Origin: Promethearchaeota archaeon
GTDB lineage: Archaea; Asgardarchaeota; Lokiarchaeia; Sigyniarchaeales; SOKP01
Direction of reading: 5' to 3'
Length of the DNA stretch: 64,000 bases
Assembly: GCA_048938855.1 (NCBI GenBank)
Contig: JBHLLT010000014.1
Span: 1 to 64,000, forward strand
In this document: one piece after another, positions 20,623-30,297 of the stretch
Layout: each line of letters opens with the position of its first letter
Position numbering within the stretch: the first letter of the stretch is position 1
Notes under the pieces: model-generated
What the model was told of the DNA's origin: nothing
Seen by the model: only the letters and a program-made list of their open reading frames with translations
Databases searched by the model: none
Program-made: the position numbers and the translations under genes

Positions 20623-22131
20623 ATGATAGATATTCCAGGATCTTCAGTAATGAAAGATGGTATAAATTATAAATATTATATGAATGGACAATGGAAAAAA
20701 TCAAGTTCAGAAAAATTAATACCTGTGTATAATCCTTTTAATCATGAATTGATTGGAAATGTGCAAACTTGTACAAAGAGAGAAGTAGACGAACTCATAA
20801 GAATAGCACATGATAATGTTAATTGTTGGGAAGATATTCCATTGAATAAGCGTGCAGATATTTTGAATAAAGCAGCTGACTTAATGTTGGAATGGTCAAA
20901 ATCTTTAGGGTTCTTGTTAATGAAGGAAATTGGAAAACCAATTAATAGCGCTATATCTGAAATAACACGAACAGCAGAAATATTTAAAGCCACTGCTGAT
21001 TCAAGTTTACAAGTATCAGGTGAAACGATTTTAGGTGACGCATTTGAAGGGTATACAAAAGAGAAAGTATCAATGACTTATAGGGTTCCATTGGGAGTTG
21101 TCCTATGTATAGGACCTTTTAATTATCCTTTTAATCTAACTGGTTCTAAGATTGCTCCAGCACTAATAGCTGGGAATACTGTAGTTATGAAACCACCAAC
21201 TCAAGGGCCATTAACTGCTCTTCATTTTGGAATTATTTTAGAAAAAGCAGGTGTACCTCCTGGGGCATTTCACATTATTACAGGGCGTGGTTCTGAGATT
21301 GGAGATTATATAGTTAGTCACCCATTAATAGATATGATTAATTTTACAGGTTCTTCAGAAACGGGAAAAAAATTAGCTAAAGTGGCTGGAATGAAGCCGT
21401 TATTACTTGAATTAGGAGGAAAAGACGCAGCAATAGTATTGGATGATGCCGATTTAGAAATTACTGTAAATGCAATCGTTTCAGGGGCTTTTTCTTTTAG
21501 CGGACAACGTTGTACGGCAGTAAAAAGAGTATTACCAATGCCAAGCATAGCAGATAAATTAATAGACGAAGTTATGAAGAAGACTCTCAAATTAACAATA
21601 GGAGATCCAGCACAAAATAACAGTATCGGTCCTCTTATTAATTCAGAACAATGTAAATACGTTCAAGGTTTAATAAATGATGCACTTGATAAAGGGGCAA
21701 CACTAAAGTGTGGAAATAGACGTGAAGGTAATATTATGTGGCCCACAATATTAGATAATGTTACTACAGATATGAGAATCGCATGGGAGGAACCCTTCGG
21801 ACCCGTCCTTCCTTTTATTCGTATCAGTAATGCTGAAAAAGCAATCGAAATTTCAAATAAATCAGAATATGGTCTTCAAGGAATGATTTTTACAAACAAT
21901 ATTGACCTTGCATTTAATGTAGCTCAAGAATTAGAGGTTGGAACTGTCCAAATTAATGGAAAGAGTGCTCGTGGACCAGATCATTTTCCTTTTTTAGGAA
22001 CTAAATCATCTGGTTTAGGTACTCAAGGGATAAGATATTCCATTGAAGCCATGAGTCGACCTAAAGTTGTGGTGATTAACCTTTCTGAAAGGGGAAAATT
22101 AGTAAAAGAATGCTATGCTCCAGAAAAGTAG
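20623..22131 (+). CDS. gapN: Non-phosphorylating NADP-dependent glyceraldehyde-3-phosphate dehydrogenase (ALDH superfamily)
   Basis: PFNYP, KPPTQG, ELGGKDA, SGQRCTAVKR, AWEEPFGP, RGPDHFPF. Confidence 0.88.
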   Translation: MIDIPGSSVMKDGINYKYYMNGQWKKSSSEKLIPVYNPFNHELIGNVQTCTKREVDELIRIAHDNVNCWEDIPLNKRADILNKAADLMLEWSKSLGFLLMKEIGKPINSAISEITRTAEIFKATADSSLQVSGETILGDAFEGYTKEKVSMTYRVPLGVVLCIGPFNYPFNLTGSKIAPALIAGNTVVMKPPTQGPLTALHFGIILEKAGVPPGAFHIITGRGSEIGDYIVSHPLIDMINFTGSSETGKKLAKVAGMKPLLLELGGKDAAIVLDDADLEITVNAIVSGAFSFSGQRCTAVKRVLPMPSIADKLIDEVMKKTLKLTIGDPAQNNSIGPLINSEQCKYVQGLINDALDKGATLKCGNRREGNIMWPTILDNVTTDMRIAWEEPFGPVLPFIRISNAEKAIEISNKSEYGLQGMIFTNNIDLAFNVAQELEVGTVQINGKSARGPDHFPFLGTKSSGLGTQGIRYSIEAMSRPKVVVINLSERGKLVKECYAPEK

Positions 22132-22348
22132 ATTACTTAAAAGAAATTAAAGAAGCAAATAACTTAGCTAATTTCTAAAACCTTTTTATTTACCAAACCG
22201 AAATTTTTGAAGGGAAACATATTAGAGTTACCTCTATAAATTCTTAATTTGATTTCTGAATATCTGTTAAAAAGCAAAATTTTTTTCTGAAAATTTAATA
22301 AACGGGAAAGATAATGAATTTCATAAAACCATATTAAAAAATAAAAAA

Positions 22349-22540
22349 ATGATTCCAAAAAAAATTATTGAAAGCTTGATAGATAATCTTGTATATATCT
22401 ATATAAAAAATCTAGGTAAAGAATTTGCTGGTAAAATTAATTCTATAACTGATTCTGACATAGTTATTTTAAAAGATAAAAATGAGAATCTTAGTTACAT
22501 TCCCCTTTCAGAAATAAGTGTTATTACTGAACGACGATAA
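22349..22540 (+). CDS. Small 63-aa protein, possible Sm/LSm-like beta-barrel
   Basis: Helix then beta strands, G(KEF)AGKI, and YIPLSEISVI resembling the Sm2 segment. Confidence 0.55.
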   Translation: MIPKKIIESLIDNLVYIYIKNLGKEFAGKINSITDSDIVILKDKNENLSYIPLSEISVITERR

Positions 22541-22671
22541 AACTATTCGATGTTCATAAAGAATCCGGAGAATGTTAAGAACTTGTTAACTATATAGAAA
22601 AAAAATTACCAATTTAATAATTTCCTAAAATTTTTTGAAAGTTATTTAAAATAGAAAGTTGAGCGGATAAT

Positions 22672-24117
22672 TTGCTAATTAGCATTTTTATAATTTTAGG
22701 GTGCTTCATAGCTGTTGTCATTTTAATTATTACAAATAAGTTGAATAGAGCAGTTGCATCTTTATTAGGAGCAATAATTACATTCTTTGTGCTTATTTTT
22801 ATTGAACATTTCGACTTTTCTATAATAGTAGAATTATTATTTGGATCTCCTCTTGAAGGATTTGTAAATCTCCATTCTTTAATAATGATTATAGGAATGA
22901 TGATGATTGTGCAAATTGCTCATGAAGCAGGCACTTTCCAATTTATTGCAGGTAAATTAATTAAGTTATCTGGAGGAAAACCTGTTAATTTAATGATTAT
23001 CTTCTGTAGTGCGACAGTTTTGATATCTGCGATATTAAATAACATTTTAACAGTTATAATAATAATTCCTCTTACGATTACAGTTTCAAGAATTTTAAAC
23101 ATAAATCCATCTCCATACATTTTAACTCAAGCTGTATTAGTCAATATCGGAGGTACTGTCTTTTCGATTTCTTCAATTCCAAATATTTTAATTACAACAT
23201 ATGCAGGAATAGAATTTTTAGAATTCTTCATTAATGTTGGATTATTATCCTTTATAGTTTTTATATTTACTCTCATTTTTTTCATTGTATTATATAAAAA
23301 GGAATTAATCATTCCAGAAGAGGGCCAAAAAGCATTAAAAGAATTTGATGTTTGGAATGTTGTTCAAAATAAAAGATTATTATATCAATCATTATCTTCC
23401 TTAGTTGGATTATTAATTTTATTAATATTTATTCCATCATCATTGATTTCACCGGACATCATTGCTTTAACTATTGCTATCATTTTAATCATTTTAACAA
23501 GATTAGATCCTAAAGAAATTATAAATAAAATCGATTTTGAATTGATTTTTTATCTGCTAGGTATCTTTATAATTGTTGGAGGGCTTGAGGTAACAGGAGC
23601 AACAGCGGTTCTTGGTACTTTTATCTTAAATATTGGGGGAAACAATTTATTTTTCCAACTTCTCTTGGTATTGTGGTTTTCTGCCTATTTAAGCAGTTGT
23701 ATCGATAATATTCCAATCACAAAAGTATTGATTCCTGTTGCAGATACTATGACTAAAACTGCTTCCATATTAAATAGAAGACAAATTTTTTACAGTCTTG
23801 CGCTTGGGGCAAACTGGGGAGATAATCTAACTCCATTAGGAGATAATATTCTTGTGGTTAATATTGCTGAACAAAATAAGCGACCTATAAGTTTTAAATC
23901 GTTTTTTAAATTGGGTTTTGTTACCACTAATTATCAGTTAATAATTATATCAATCTACTATTGTTTTATTTATTATATACAAATAGGAATGATTATTTTA
24001 GGGATTGTAGGTATAATAATAATAGCCATCTACGGTCTCCATAAATTTGGTTCAAAACAAATTAAATCTCATATAAATATAATAGGTATTAAATTAAGAG
24101 AAACTATTATAAGGTGA
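22672..24117 (+). CDS. SLC13/ArsB/NhaD (P-protein-like) ion transporter
   Basis: More than 12 TMs; SAILNN, NIGG, PNI, IDNIP, GANWGDNLTPLG. Confidence 0.88.
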   Translation: MLISIFIILGCFIAVVILIITNKLNRAVASLLGAIITFFVLIFIEHFDFSIIVELLFGSPLEGFVNLHSLIMIIGMMMIVQIAHEAGTFQFIAGKLIKLSGGKPVNLMIIFCSATVLISAILNNILTVIIIIPLTITVSRILNINPSPYILTQAVLVNIGGTVFSISSIPNILITTYAGIEFLEFFINVGLLSFIVFIFTLIFFIVLYKKELIIPEEGQKALKEFDVWNVVQNKRLLYQSLSSLVGLLILLIFIPSSLISPDIIALTIAIILIILTRLDPKEIINKIDFELIFYLLGIFIIVGGLEVTGATAVLGTFILNIGGNNLFFQLLLVLWFSAYLSSCIDNIPITKVLIPVADTMTKTASILNRRQIFYSLALGANWGDNLTPLGDNILVVNIAEQNKRPISFKSFFKLGFVTTNYQLIIISIYYCFIYYIQIGMIILGIVGIIIIAIYGLHKFGSKQIKSHINIIGIKLRETIIR

Positions 24118-24124
24118 TTTTGAA

Positions 24125-24763
24125 ATGGTATTCAAAAATATTCAAAGAATTCAAGCTGCTTTACCAGAAGTTAAGCACATTGCAATGTTCTATAATAATG
24201 GTATAATTTTTCAAACAACTTTTGACCAAGATATTAATATACCAAAACTAGGTGAGAATCTTGCGGAAATTTTAAATCATGCTAGAAAACTCTATGAAAT
24301 CTCACATTACAATTTTGAAAATTATAAAAAAATTATTTTTGAGACTTTTGATATGTCTATTATTATTTTAAAGCTTGGTGAAGATAGTAATATTGCCCTT
24401 TTTTTTAAGAAAGAAGAAGTACAAGAATTAAAGTTAACTGCGATAAAAAGATACATCACGAGAATTGAAGAATTAATTGATATGGATGAAAGAGAACTGA
24501 TTATTCAAGACATACTCTTTAAAGAAGAAGAAATTAAACAATTAAAAGCTCTACTAACTGAGAATGAAAATGTTACTGAAGAATTAAATAAATTATTAAT
24601 TAATATAGAGAAAGGAGAAATAGTAGGTGATAAAAAAGAAATTATGAGTAAACTAAATAACATTGATATTGATTGTGTAAACTTGAGAAAAGATATAGAA
24701 AAACACACTAAGGAAATTGAACAACTAAAAGAAAAAATAGAAAAAAGTCATAAAAAGGAATAA
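24125..24763 (+). CDS. Roadblock/LC7-like N-terminal domain fused to a C-terminal coiled coil
   Basis: helix-LPEVKHIAMFYNNG-helix-YKKIIFETFDMSIIILKLG-NIALFF-helix layout, then an E/K-rich heptad tail. Confidence 0.65.
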   Translation: MVFKNIQRIQAALPEVKHIAMFYNNGIIFQTTFDQDINIPKLGENLAEILNHARKLYEISHYNFENYKKIIFETFDMSIIILKLGEDSNIALFFKKEEVQELKLTAIKRYITRIEELIDMDERELIIQDILFKEEEIKQLKALLTENENVTEELNKLLINIEKGEIVGDKKEIMSKLNNIDIDCVNLRKDIEKHTKEIEQLKEKIEKSHKKE

Positions 24764-24771
24764 GAAAAGAT

Positions 24772-24963
24772 TTATAAATTCAAGTCTTTAGTAACTCCGA
24801 TTATTACCGGAATTAGAAGAAGTATCGCAATGCTTATAATAATAAAAATGACGAGAGATTCATTAGATTCTTTTTTAATTTGTTCAATGCAGATGAAAAC
24901 GATAAGCATCAAGGATACAATTAAAAGCCCATATACCAGTAGAATTAAAAAATATTCATTCAA
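24772..24963 (-). CDS. Small 2-TM membrane protein
   Basis: Two hydrophobic helices; AAGGAG RBS before TTG; same strand as the coiled-coil pair. Confidence 0.6.
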   Translation of the reverse strand: MNEYFLILLVYGLLIVSLMLIVFICIEQIKKESNESLVIFIIISIAILLLIPVIIGVTKDLNL

Positions 24964-25064
24964 TAGCGTGATACTCCTTAATTTTCTCTCTCTTTTCTAA
25001 TTCCAATAGTTTAATTTAATTCAAGATAAATTTTTTAATATTAAATAAATATCAATTAATATCC

Positions 25065-25742
25065 TCATTCATTTGTAGGAAATTTGGCATTTGGAGGTTT
25101 AATTTTTTCTCTTTTAGCTAATTCTTCTGAAAGTTCTTTTTTTAAGTCAGCTAATTTATCTTCGTCTCCTCCTATCTCAATACTCTTTTTATATACACCC
25201 TTTATTGCTGTATTTAATTTTTTTTGTTGTTTTTGAAATTCCTCTTCTGCTTTTTTCAGTTTTTCCATTGGCGCAGAATTTTTCAAAAGTTTAACATAAC
25301 TGAACTGTTTTTTACCTAGTAATTCACGTTCTTTAGCAACGCGCAACTTTTCCTTTATAATATTTAACTCTTCTTCTGCAACTTTACTATCTAAGTACGC
25401 TATTTTTCTTTGAACCTCTGCAATTTTATTTTTGATCGCTGCAATCTTTAAGCTGTATATTGCATAATCTTCTTCAGATTTTAGATTATTATTAGAAAAA
25501 GCTAGGATATCTTTTACTTGTTGTTTGCTCTCCACTAACTTCTTATTTTTTTCAGCTAAAGTTTGTATAAGCTTAGCTAAATTCATTTCATTTTTAACAA
25601 GAATTTCCCCTGCTTTAACGCTTTTTAATGTTTGTATAGCTGTGTTTTTTGAATCTTTGCATATTTTTTTTTCTCTTTCTGCAATTTCTAAATTTTTTTG
25701 TGCTATTAATTCGATATTTTCAATATTTTCGATGTTAATCAC
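25065..25742 (-). CDS. Coiled-coil protein paralogue 1 (three long helices, possibly BAR-like)
   Basis: Collinear with 25805 and 27516; shared C-terminal KLADLKKELS..L..REKI.P. Confidence 0.85.
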   Translation of the reverse strand: MINIENIENIELIAQKNLEIAEREKKICKDSKNTAIQTLKSVKAGEILVKNEMNLAKLIQTLAEKNKKLVESKQQVKDILAFSNNNLKSEEDYAIYSLKIAAIKNKIAEVQRKIAYLDSKVAEEELNIIKEKLRVAKERELLGKKQFSYVKLLKNSAPMEKLKKAEEEFQKQQKKLNTAIKGVYKKSIEIGGDEDKLADLKKELSEELAKREKIKPPNAKFPTNE

Positions 25743-25804
25743 ACCCTTTTTATTTCTTTTGCGATTATCTTAATCTTAAGAAAAAAATTAAAATTTAGGA
25801 TTTA

Positions 25805-26449
25805 TTATTCAGGTCTGATTTTTTCACGTTCGGTTAATTTTTCAGAGAGTTCTTTCTTGAGATCCGCCAACTTATTCTGTTTTCCAACAATATTTTTATT
25901 CAAATCTATCGCGTTGGTTTCAAGTTTTGTTAATAATCTCTGAATACCAAGATATGCCTCTTCAACTTTAGAAATTTTATCACTAGGTGCATTAGCATTC
26001 ATTAATTTTACGTATTCCATCATTTTTTTGGCTAAATTCCCCCTTTCCTTAGCTTCATCAAGTTTTTTATTAGCAACTTTTACTCTTATCTCGGATATAT
26101 CCGTCTCCACATATGCAATCCTTTTTTGGATATCAGCGATTTCAGTTTGAATTTCTGCAACTTCTTGGTTGTATCGCGCTTGTGCTCTCTCCGCTTTTAA
26201 AATTTCATCACCAATTTTTAACATGTCTTTTACTTTTTCCTTCTTTTCAACTAACTTTTTACTCTTATCTGTTAATCTCTCTCGCACTTTTGCTACTTCA
26301 ATTTCATTCCTGGCTAGCATTTCTCGAGCTTTAGCTCTTTTTACTGATTGTTTTGCTAATACTTTCATTTCACTAGCTGTTTCTCTTTCAATTTTAGCTA
26401 AATTTGAATTCTCTTCTGCTATTTTTTCAAATTTTTTAATCTCTTCCAT
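25805..26449 (-). CDS. Coiled-coil protein paralogue 2 (three long helices, possibly BAR-like)
   Basis: ATG at 26449 after GAGGTG; Ala at 7-residue spacing; breaks at LKIGDE and NANAPSD. Confidence 0.85.
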   Translation of the reverse strand: MEEIKKFEKIAEENSNLAKIERETASEMKVLAKQSVKRAKAREMLARNEIEVAKVRERLTDKSKKLVEKKEKVKDMLKIGDEILKAERAQARYNQEVAEIQTEIADIQKRIAYVETDISEIRVKVANKKLDEAKERGNLAKKMMEYVKLMNANAPSDKISKVEEAYLGIQRLLTKLETNAIDLNKNIVGKQNKLADLKKELSEKLTEREKIRPE

Positions 26450-26530
26450 TTTAAACACCTCTTTTCTTAATTCCCTTTTAATTTTAACATGATAAATTTA
26501 AATATTCTATTAGAAATACTTCAATTTAGA

Positions 26531-26698
26531 TTAACTATATATGTCATCATATGTTTCTACTTCTTTTTTGTCATTATAAATTGTGTCAAATTCCTCATTA
26601 TCATCATGATCTTCATTATCATTAGAAGATTCATCTTCTTCATATTCGTCATATTCATAATTATATTTCTTCTTCTTCTCTTTGTTTTTTCTTTCCAT
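26531..26698 (-). CDS. Unannotated 55-aa basic-head/acidic-tail disordered microprotein
   Basis: Manual translation: MERKNKEKKKKYNYEYDEYEEDESSNDNEDHDDNEEFDTIYNDKKEVETYDDIYS; directly upstream of and co-oriented with paralogue 2. Confidence 0.6.
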   Translation of the reverse strand: MERKNKEKKKKYNYEYDEYEEDESSNDNEDHDDNEEFDTIYNDKKEVETYDDIYS

Positions 26699-26770
26699 TT
26701 TGGCTTTTTTACATCCTTAATTCTGTTGTTTTGTACTTGTCACTATATAATGATTACATGATATTTAAAC

Positions 26771-26786
26771 GTTTTCAATTGAAAAC
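26771..26786. promoter_or_regulatory. Perfect 16-bp palindrome GTTTTCAATTGAAAAC in a divergent promoter (candidate RHH operator)
   Basis: Exact palindrome between the divergent starts at 26698 (-) and 26872 (+). Confidence 0.4.
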
Positions 26787-26871
26787 AAATCACAGAAACG
26801 ATAACCTTATATATTTTGATATCATTGTTTGATATAAAATAGTTATTTAAAAATGAAAAATCACCTGAAAT

Positions 26872-27426
26872 TTGATGACAAAAAGTAATTTTCTTGGATT
26901 TAGACTTTCAGATGTAGTACTTAATAAACTTGAGCTACTTGCAAAACAGGAAAATAAAACACGTGGATTGATTGCAAAAGATGCTATCGAACAATGGCTC
27001 AATTTAGAATTATTTAATCAAACCAATGAAATGATAATGATATCAAAATCTATCTTTTCTAAGATCCTTTCTCACTTAGATGATCATACTATGGAGATTA
27101 TTGCTAAAGATTTTGCAGATTTATTCTCAGATATAATGAAATTCTCAACTGCGAAACCTATGAATGAAGAAACCTTGAAATCACATACAACTTTTTTAAT
27201 TAATTTTTTTGGTAAAAATGGATTAAAATGGTTTAATACACTTGACGTTCAGAAAAGAGAAAATCTTTTCATATTTAGAGGTTTACACGATATGGATGAG
27301 GTTTATTCCCATTTTTTTACAGAATTTTTTAAGTATCTCCTATCTCAACATTTTGAACTAGATTATACAACAAAATTAGAAGAAAAAACATCTAATTTAG
27401 TCCATCTTGAATTTAAAATTAAATAA
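26872..27426 (+). CDS. Ribbon-helix-helix (CopG-like) regulator with C-terminal putative ligand-binding domain
   Basis: FLGFRLSDVVLNKLELLAKQENKTRGLIAKDAIEQWL is a typical RHH. Confidence 0.8.
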   Translation: MMTKSNFLGFRLSDVVLNKLELLAKQENKTRGLIAKDAIEQWLNLELFNQTNEMIMISKSIFSKILSHLDDHTMEIIAKDFADLFSDIMKFSTAKPMNEETLKSHTTFLINFFGKNGLKWFNTLDVQKRENLFIFRGLHDMDEVYSHFFTEFFKYLLSQHFELDYTTKLEEKTSNLVHLEFKIK

Positions 27427-27515
27427 GATTTAAAAAACAAAAATTAATGTATAAATAAATTTTAATTTTCCTAGCTATAATTTATTGATAAATTCCAATT
27501 TATAGAACAGTTATT

Positions 27516-28184
27516 ATGAAGGATTTAAATATTATAGAAAAAGAATCTCAAAATAACTTGAAAATTGCTCAGTTTGAAAAAGAATTAGCACTAAAATCAA
27601 AAATTAATGCGTTAGCTGAAATTAAAAAATCAAAGGCAAGAGAGACCTTAGTAAAAATTGAATATGACATTGCTGACATAAAAAAGGATTTAGCTGAAAA
27701 GAGAAGAGTATTAGCTGTTGAAAAATCAGTAATTAAAAAAAATCAAATTTTAGATTTTTCAGAAGAAGAATTAAAAAATGAAAATAATTATGCCATTTAT
27801 AACGAGAAGATAGCAGAAAATCAAAAACAAATTGCTGAAGTTAATAAAAAAATAGCTTCAACCGAAAAGCAAATTGCTGATCAAAAATTAAAATTATCTG
27901 AAGAGAAATTAGATGTAGCAAAAGCACGAGAAAAATTATCAAAAAAACAAAATCTTTATATCAAATTAGCTGGTGGAGCTGCCTCAGAAAGTAAAATTTC
28001 GAAAGCTAAAAATAATATGGAAGAACAAAAAAAAAATTTAATAAAACAGAAAAATGATGTGCTGGAGAAGGAAAAAGATATAAAGAAAAAAGAGAATAAA
28101 CTTTCCGACCTGAAAAAGGAACTTTCTTTAATATTAGGAGAAAGAGAAAAAATTAGACATCCAGGAGTTATATTGGCAGAATAA
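27516..28184 (+). CDS. Coiled-coil protein paralogue 3 (three long helices, possibly BAR-like)
   Basis: Shares KARE.L, YAIYNEKIA, Y.KL and KLSDLKKELS..LGEREKIR with paralogues 1 and 2. Confidence 0.85.
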   Translation: MKDLNIIEKESQNNLKIAQFEKELALKSKINALAEIKKSKARETLVKIEYDIADIKKDLAEKRRVLAVEKSVIKKNQILDFSEEELKNENNYAIYNEKIAENQKQIAEVNKKIASTEKQIADQKLKLSEEKLDVAKAREKLSKKQNLYIKLAGGAASESKISKAKNNMEEQKKNLIKQKNDVLEKEKDIKKKENKLSDLKKELSLILGEREKIRHPGVILAE

Positions 28185-28259
28185 TTTTTAAATCTCAAGT
28201 ATTCCATCTAATTTGAGAAAGTTTTTTATAAAACTAAATTAGAAAAAATTGTTAGTTTC

Positions 28260-29351
28260 TTAAATCCATCTTTTTCTTTTAAAGAAATACAACATAATAA
28301 GAGATATTGCTACCATCACGATTATTAAAATTGGATATGCGATGGGAGAAGAAAATTCGGGCATATAAATAAAATTCATCCCATAAAAACCTGCTAGAAA
28401 TGATATTGGTATGAAAATTGTTGATATAATCGTTAAAACTTTCATAATATCATTCATTCTATTGCTCACGCTAGACAAATACATATCCAACATTCCAAAA
28501 ATGATATCCCGATAATTTTCTAAAAGATCACTAATTCTAAAAACGTGATCATATATATCTCTCAAATAGATCTGTAAATCTACTTTTATTAGATGTGATT
28601 GTTCACGCTGCAATTTATTGATTATTTCTCTTATTGGCCAAATTGACTTTCTTATTTCAATTGAAGATCTTTTCAATTGATAAATAAGCTGTAAAGTTTT
28701 TGGTTCCGGATTCTTTATTAATAAATCTTCAATATTTTCTATATCCTCACCTACTTTTTCCAAAATTACAAAATAATCGTCTATTATTATATCAATTAAA
28801 ACATAAAAGAGATAATCTGCTCCCATAAATCGAACTCTTCCTTTTGGAACTTGTATTCTCTCATAAATAGGATCGAAAAGGTTAGTATCTCTCTCTTGGA
28901 ATGATATTACAAAGCTTTCTCCTAAAATCAGACTAATTTGTTCAAATTCAATATCTTCTTGTTCTTTATTCCAGACTAATTTGTTTAATACTGCGAAAAT
29001 AAAGTTTCCATAGTCTTCTAATTTAGGTCTTTGATTCTGATTTAAAATATCTTCCAATACGAGAGGATGTAAATCAAATTGGCGACCAATCTCTTCAATG
29101 ACTTTTTCTTCTGCAAGGCCATATACATCAATCCATCTAACTGAAGGTTTTTCAATTTGAGTAAGATCTATTTTAATATCCTTAAATTCTTGTATATTAA
29201 AACGGTCTTCAGTATAATCTGTTACTTTGATTTTAATTTTTTCTTTTAACTTATCCCCTGTATAAATTAAAGTTCCCGGAGGAAGTCCAATCTCTTTCTT
29301 TCTTTTGCTAGATGGGACCCTTTTATGTAATGGTCGAGATAATCTCCTCAA
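28260..29351 (-). CDS. corA: Magnesium/cobalt transporter CorA
   Basis: GLPPGTLIYTG, HPLVLEDI, QRPK, YGMNF. Confidence 0.96.
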   Translation of the reverse strand: MRRLSRPLHKRVPSSKRKKEIGLPPGTLIYTGDKLKEKIKIKVTDYTEDRFNIQEFKDIKIDLTQIEKPSVRWIDVYGLAEEKVIEEIGRQFDLHPLVLEDILNQNQRPKLEDYGNFIFAVLNKLVWNKEQEDIEFEQISLILGESFVISFQERDTNLFDPIYERIQVPKGRVRFMGADYLFYVLIDIIIDDYFVILEKVGEDIENIEDLLIKNPEPKTLQLIYQLKRSSIEIRKSIWPIREIINKLQREQSHLIKVDLQIYLRDIYDHVFRISDLLENYRDIIFGMLDMYLSSVSNRMNDIMKVLTIISTIFIPISFLAGFYGMNFIYMPEFSSPIAYPILIIVMVAISLIMLYFFKRKRWI

Positions 29352-29502
29352 TCTTATTCACCTAAAAAAATTATGGTTTCTTTTGATTAATTTATTAATA
29401 AATTAGCTTTTTAAATAAAAGTTTACCAAAGATTATTTTATTAAAAAATTTGAATTTTCCGAAGAGGATAATCTAAAAAATTCTTTTATTTTTGAGTTAA
29501 GT

Positions 29503-30138
29503 TTAAGGATCCAAAGATATACCGTATTTTTTTAAATCTTCTATTAATTTTTCAGTATAGTAATAATGTATTCCCTTCAATCCTAAAGATCTTGCTATTC
29601 GTATATTTTTTTTCTCATCATCGATTAAAATTGCCTCAGAAGGTACGCATTCTAAATGTTTTATTAATTCTTCATAAAACTTAATATCATCTTTATTCAT
29701 ATTATAATCAAAACTTAATACAGTATCATCAAAATATTTTAAAACTCCACATTTTTTTTCTAAATATTCTATACGTTCCCTTATATTCCCACTAAATATC
29801 AATAGTCTATAATTATTTTTTCTCAATTTCTTTATTAATTCTTCAATACCATAGTGAACACAATATGAGCCAAACCAAATATATCGTGTATGCTTTTTTT
29901 CTCTTTTGTTAATTCCTAATTTTATGAACAGCTTTTCCTCAAATTCATCAATAGTTATTAATCCTCTACGTAAAAGATTTCCTTCAGAACTAGGGTTATC
30001 ACTAAAAAATTCTCGTAGTAATTCTTCATTTTCAATGTCATAAATTTCTTTAATCTTCTCGATGGCTAAAAAAGAACCTGGTGTAAAATACACCCCTCCT
30101 AGATCGAAGATAATTGTTTTTATTTTATCACGTATCAT
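29503..30138 (-). CDS. HAD-superfamily phosphatase
   Basis: IFDLGGV motif I; LIDDEKKNI motif IV. Confidence 0.88.
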   Translation of the reverse strand: MIRDKIKTIIFDLGGVYFTPGSFLAIEKIKEIYDIENEELLREFFSDNPSSEGNLLRRGLITIDEFEEKLFIKLGINKREKKHTRYIWFGSYCVHYGIEELIKKLRKNNYRLLIFSGNIRERIEYLEKKCGVLKYFDDTVLSFDYNMNKDDIKFYEELIKHLECVPSEAILIDDEKKNIRIARSLGLKGIHYYYTEKLIEDLKKYGISLDP

Positions 30139-30297
30139 AATAAATCAAATAGAAATATTATGTATAAAATCATCTAATAACCATTTATATATGATTTAAA
30201 CAAAATTATTAGGTGTGTTAGAATCCATTTTAGCTAACTTTAATCTATATGAGTATTTGTCAATCCTTAGTTATTTGCTAATATTACTATAACTTAA

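Noticed and set aside
26489-26761. 90-aa hydrophobic + strand ORF
   Set aside because: F/I-rich antisense shadow of the K/E/D-rich minus-strand microprotein at 26531-26698
25065-28184. Naming the paralogues as PspA/ESCRT-III, SMC or tropomyosin
   Set aside because: No diagnostic motifs or ATPase domain; generic coiled coils give false hits, so the fold is left as a hypothesis
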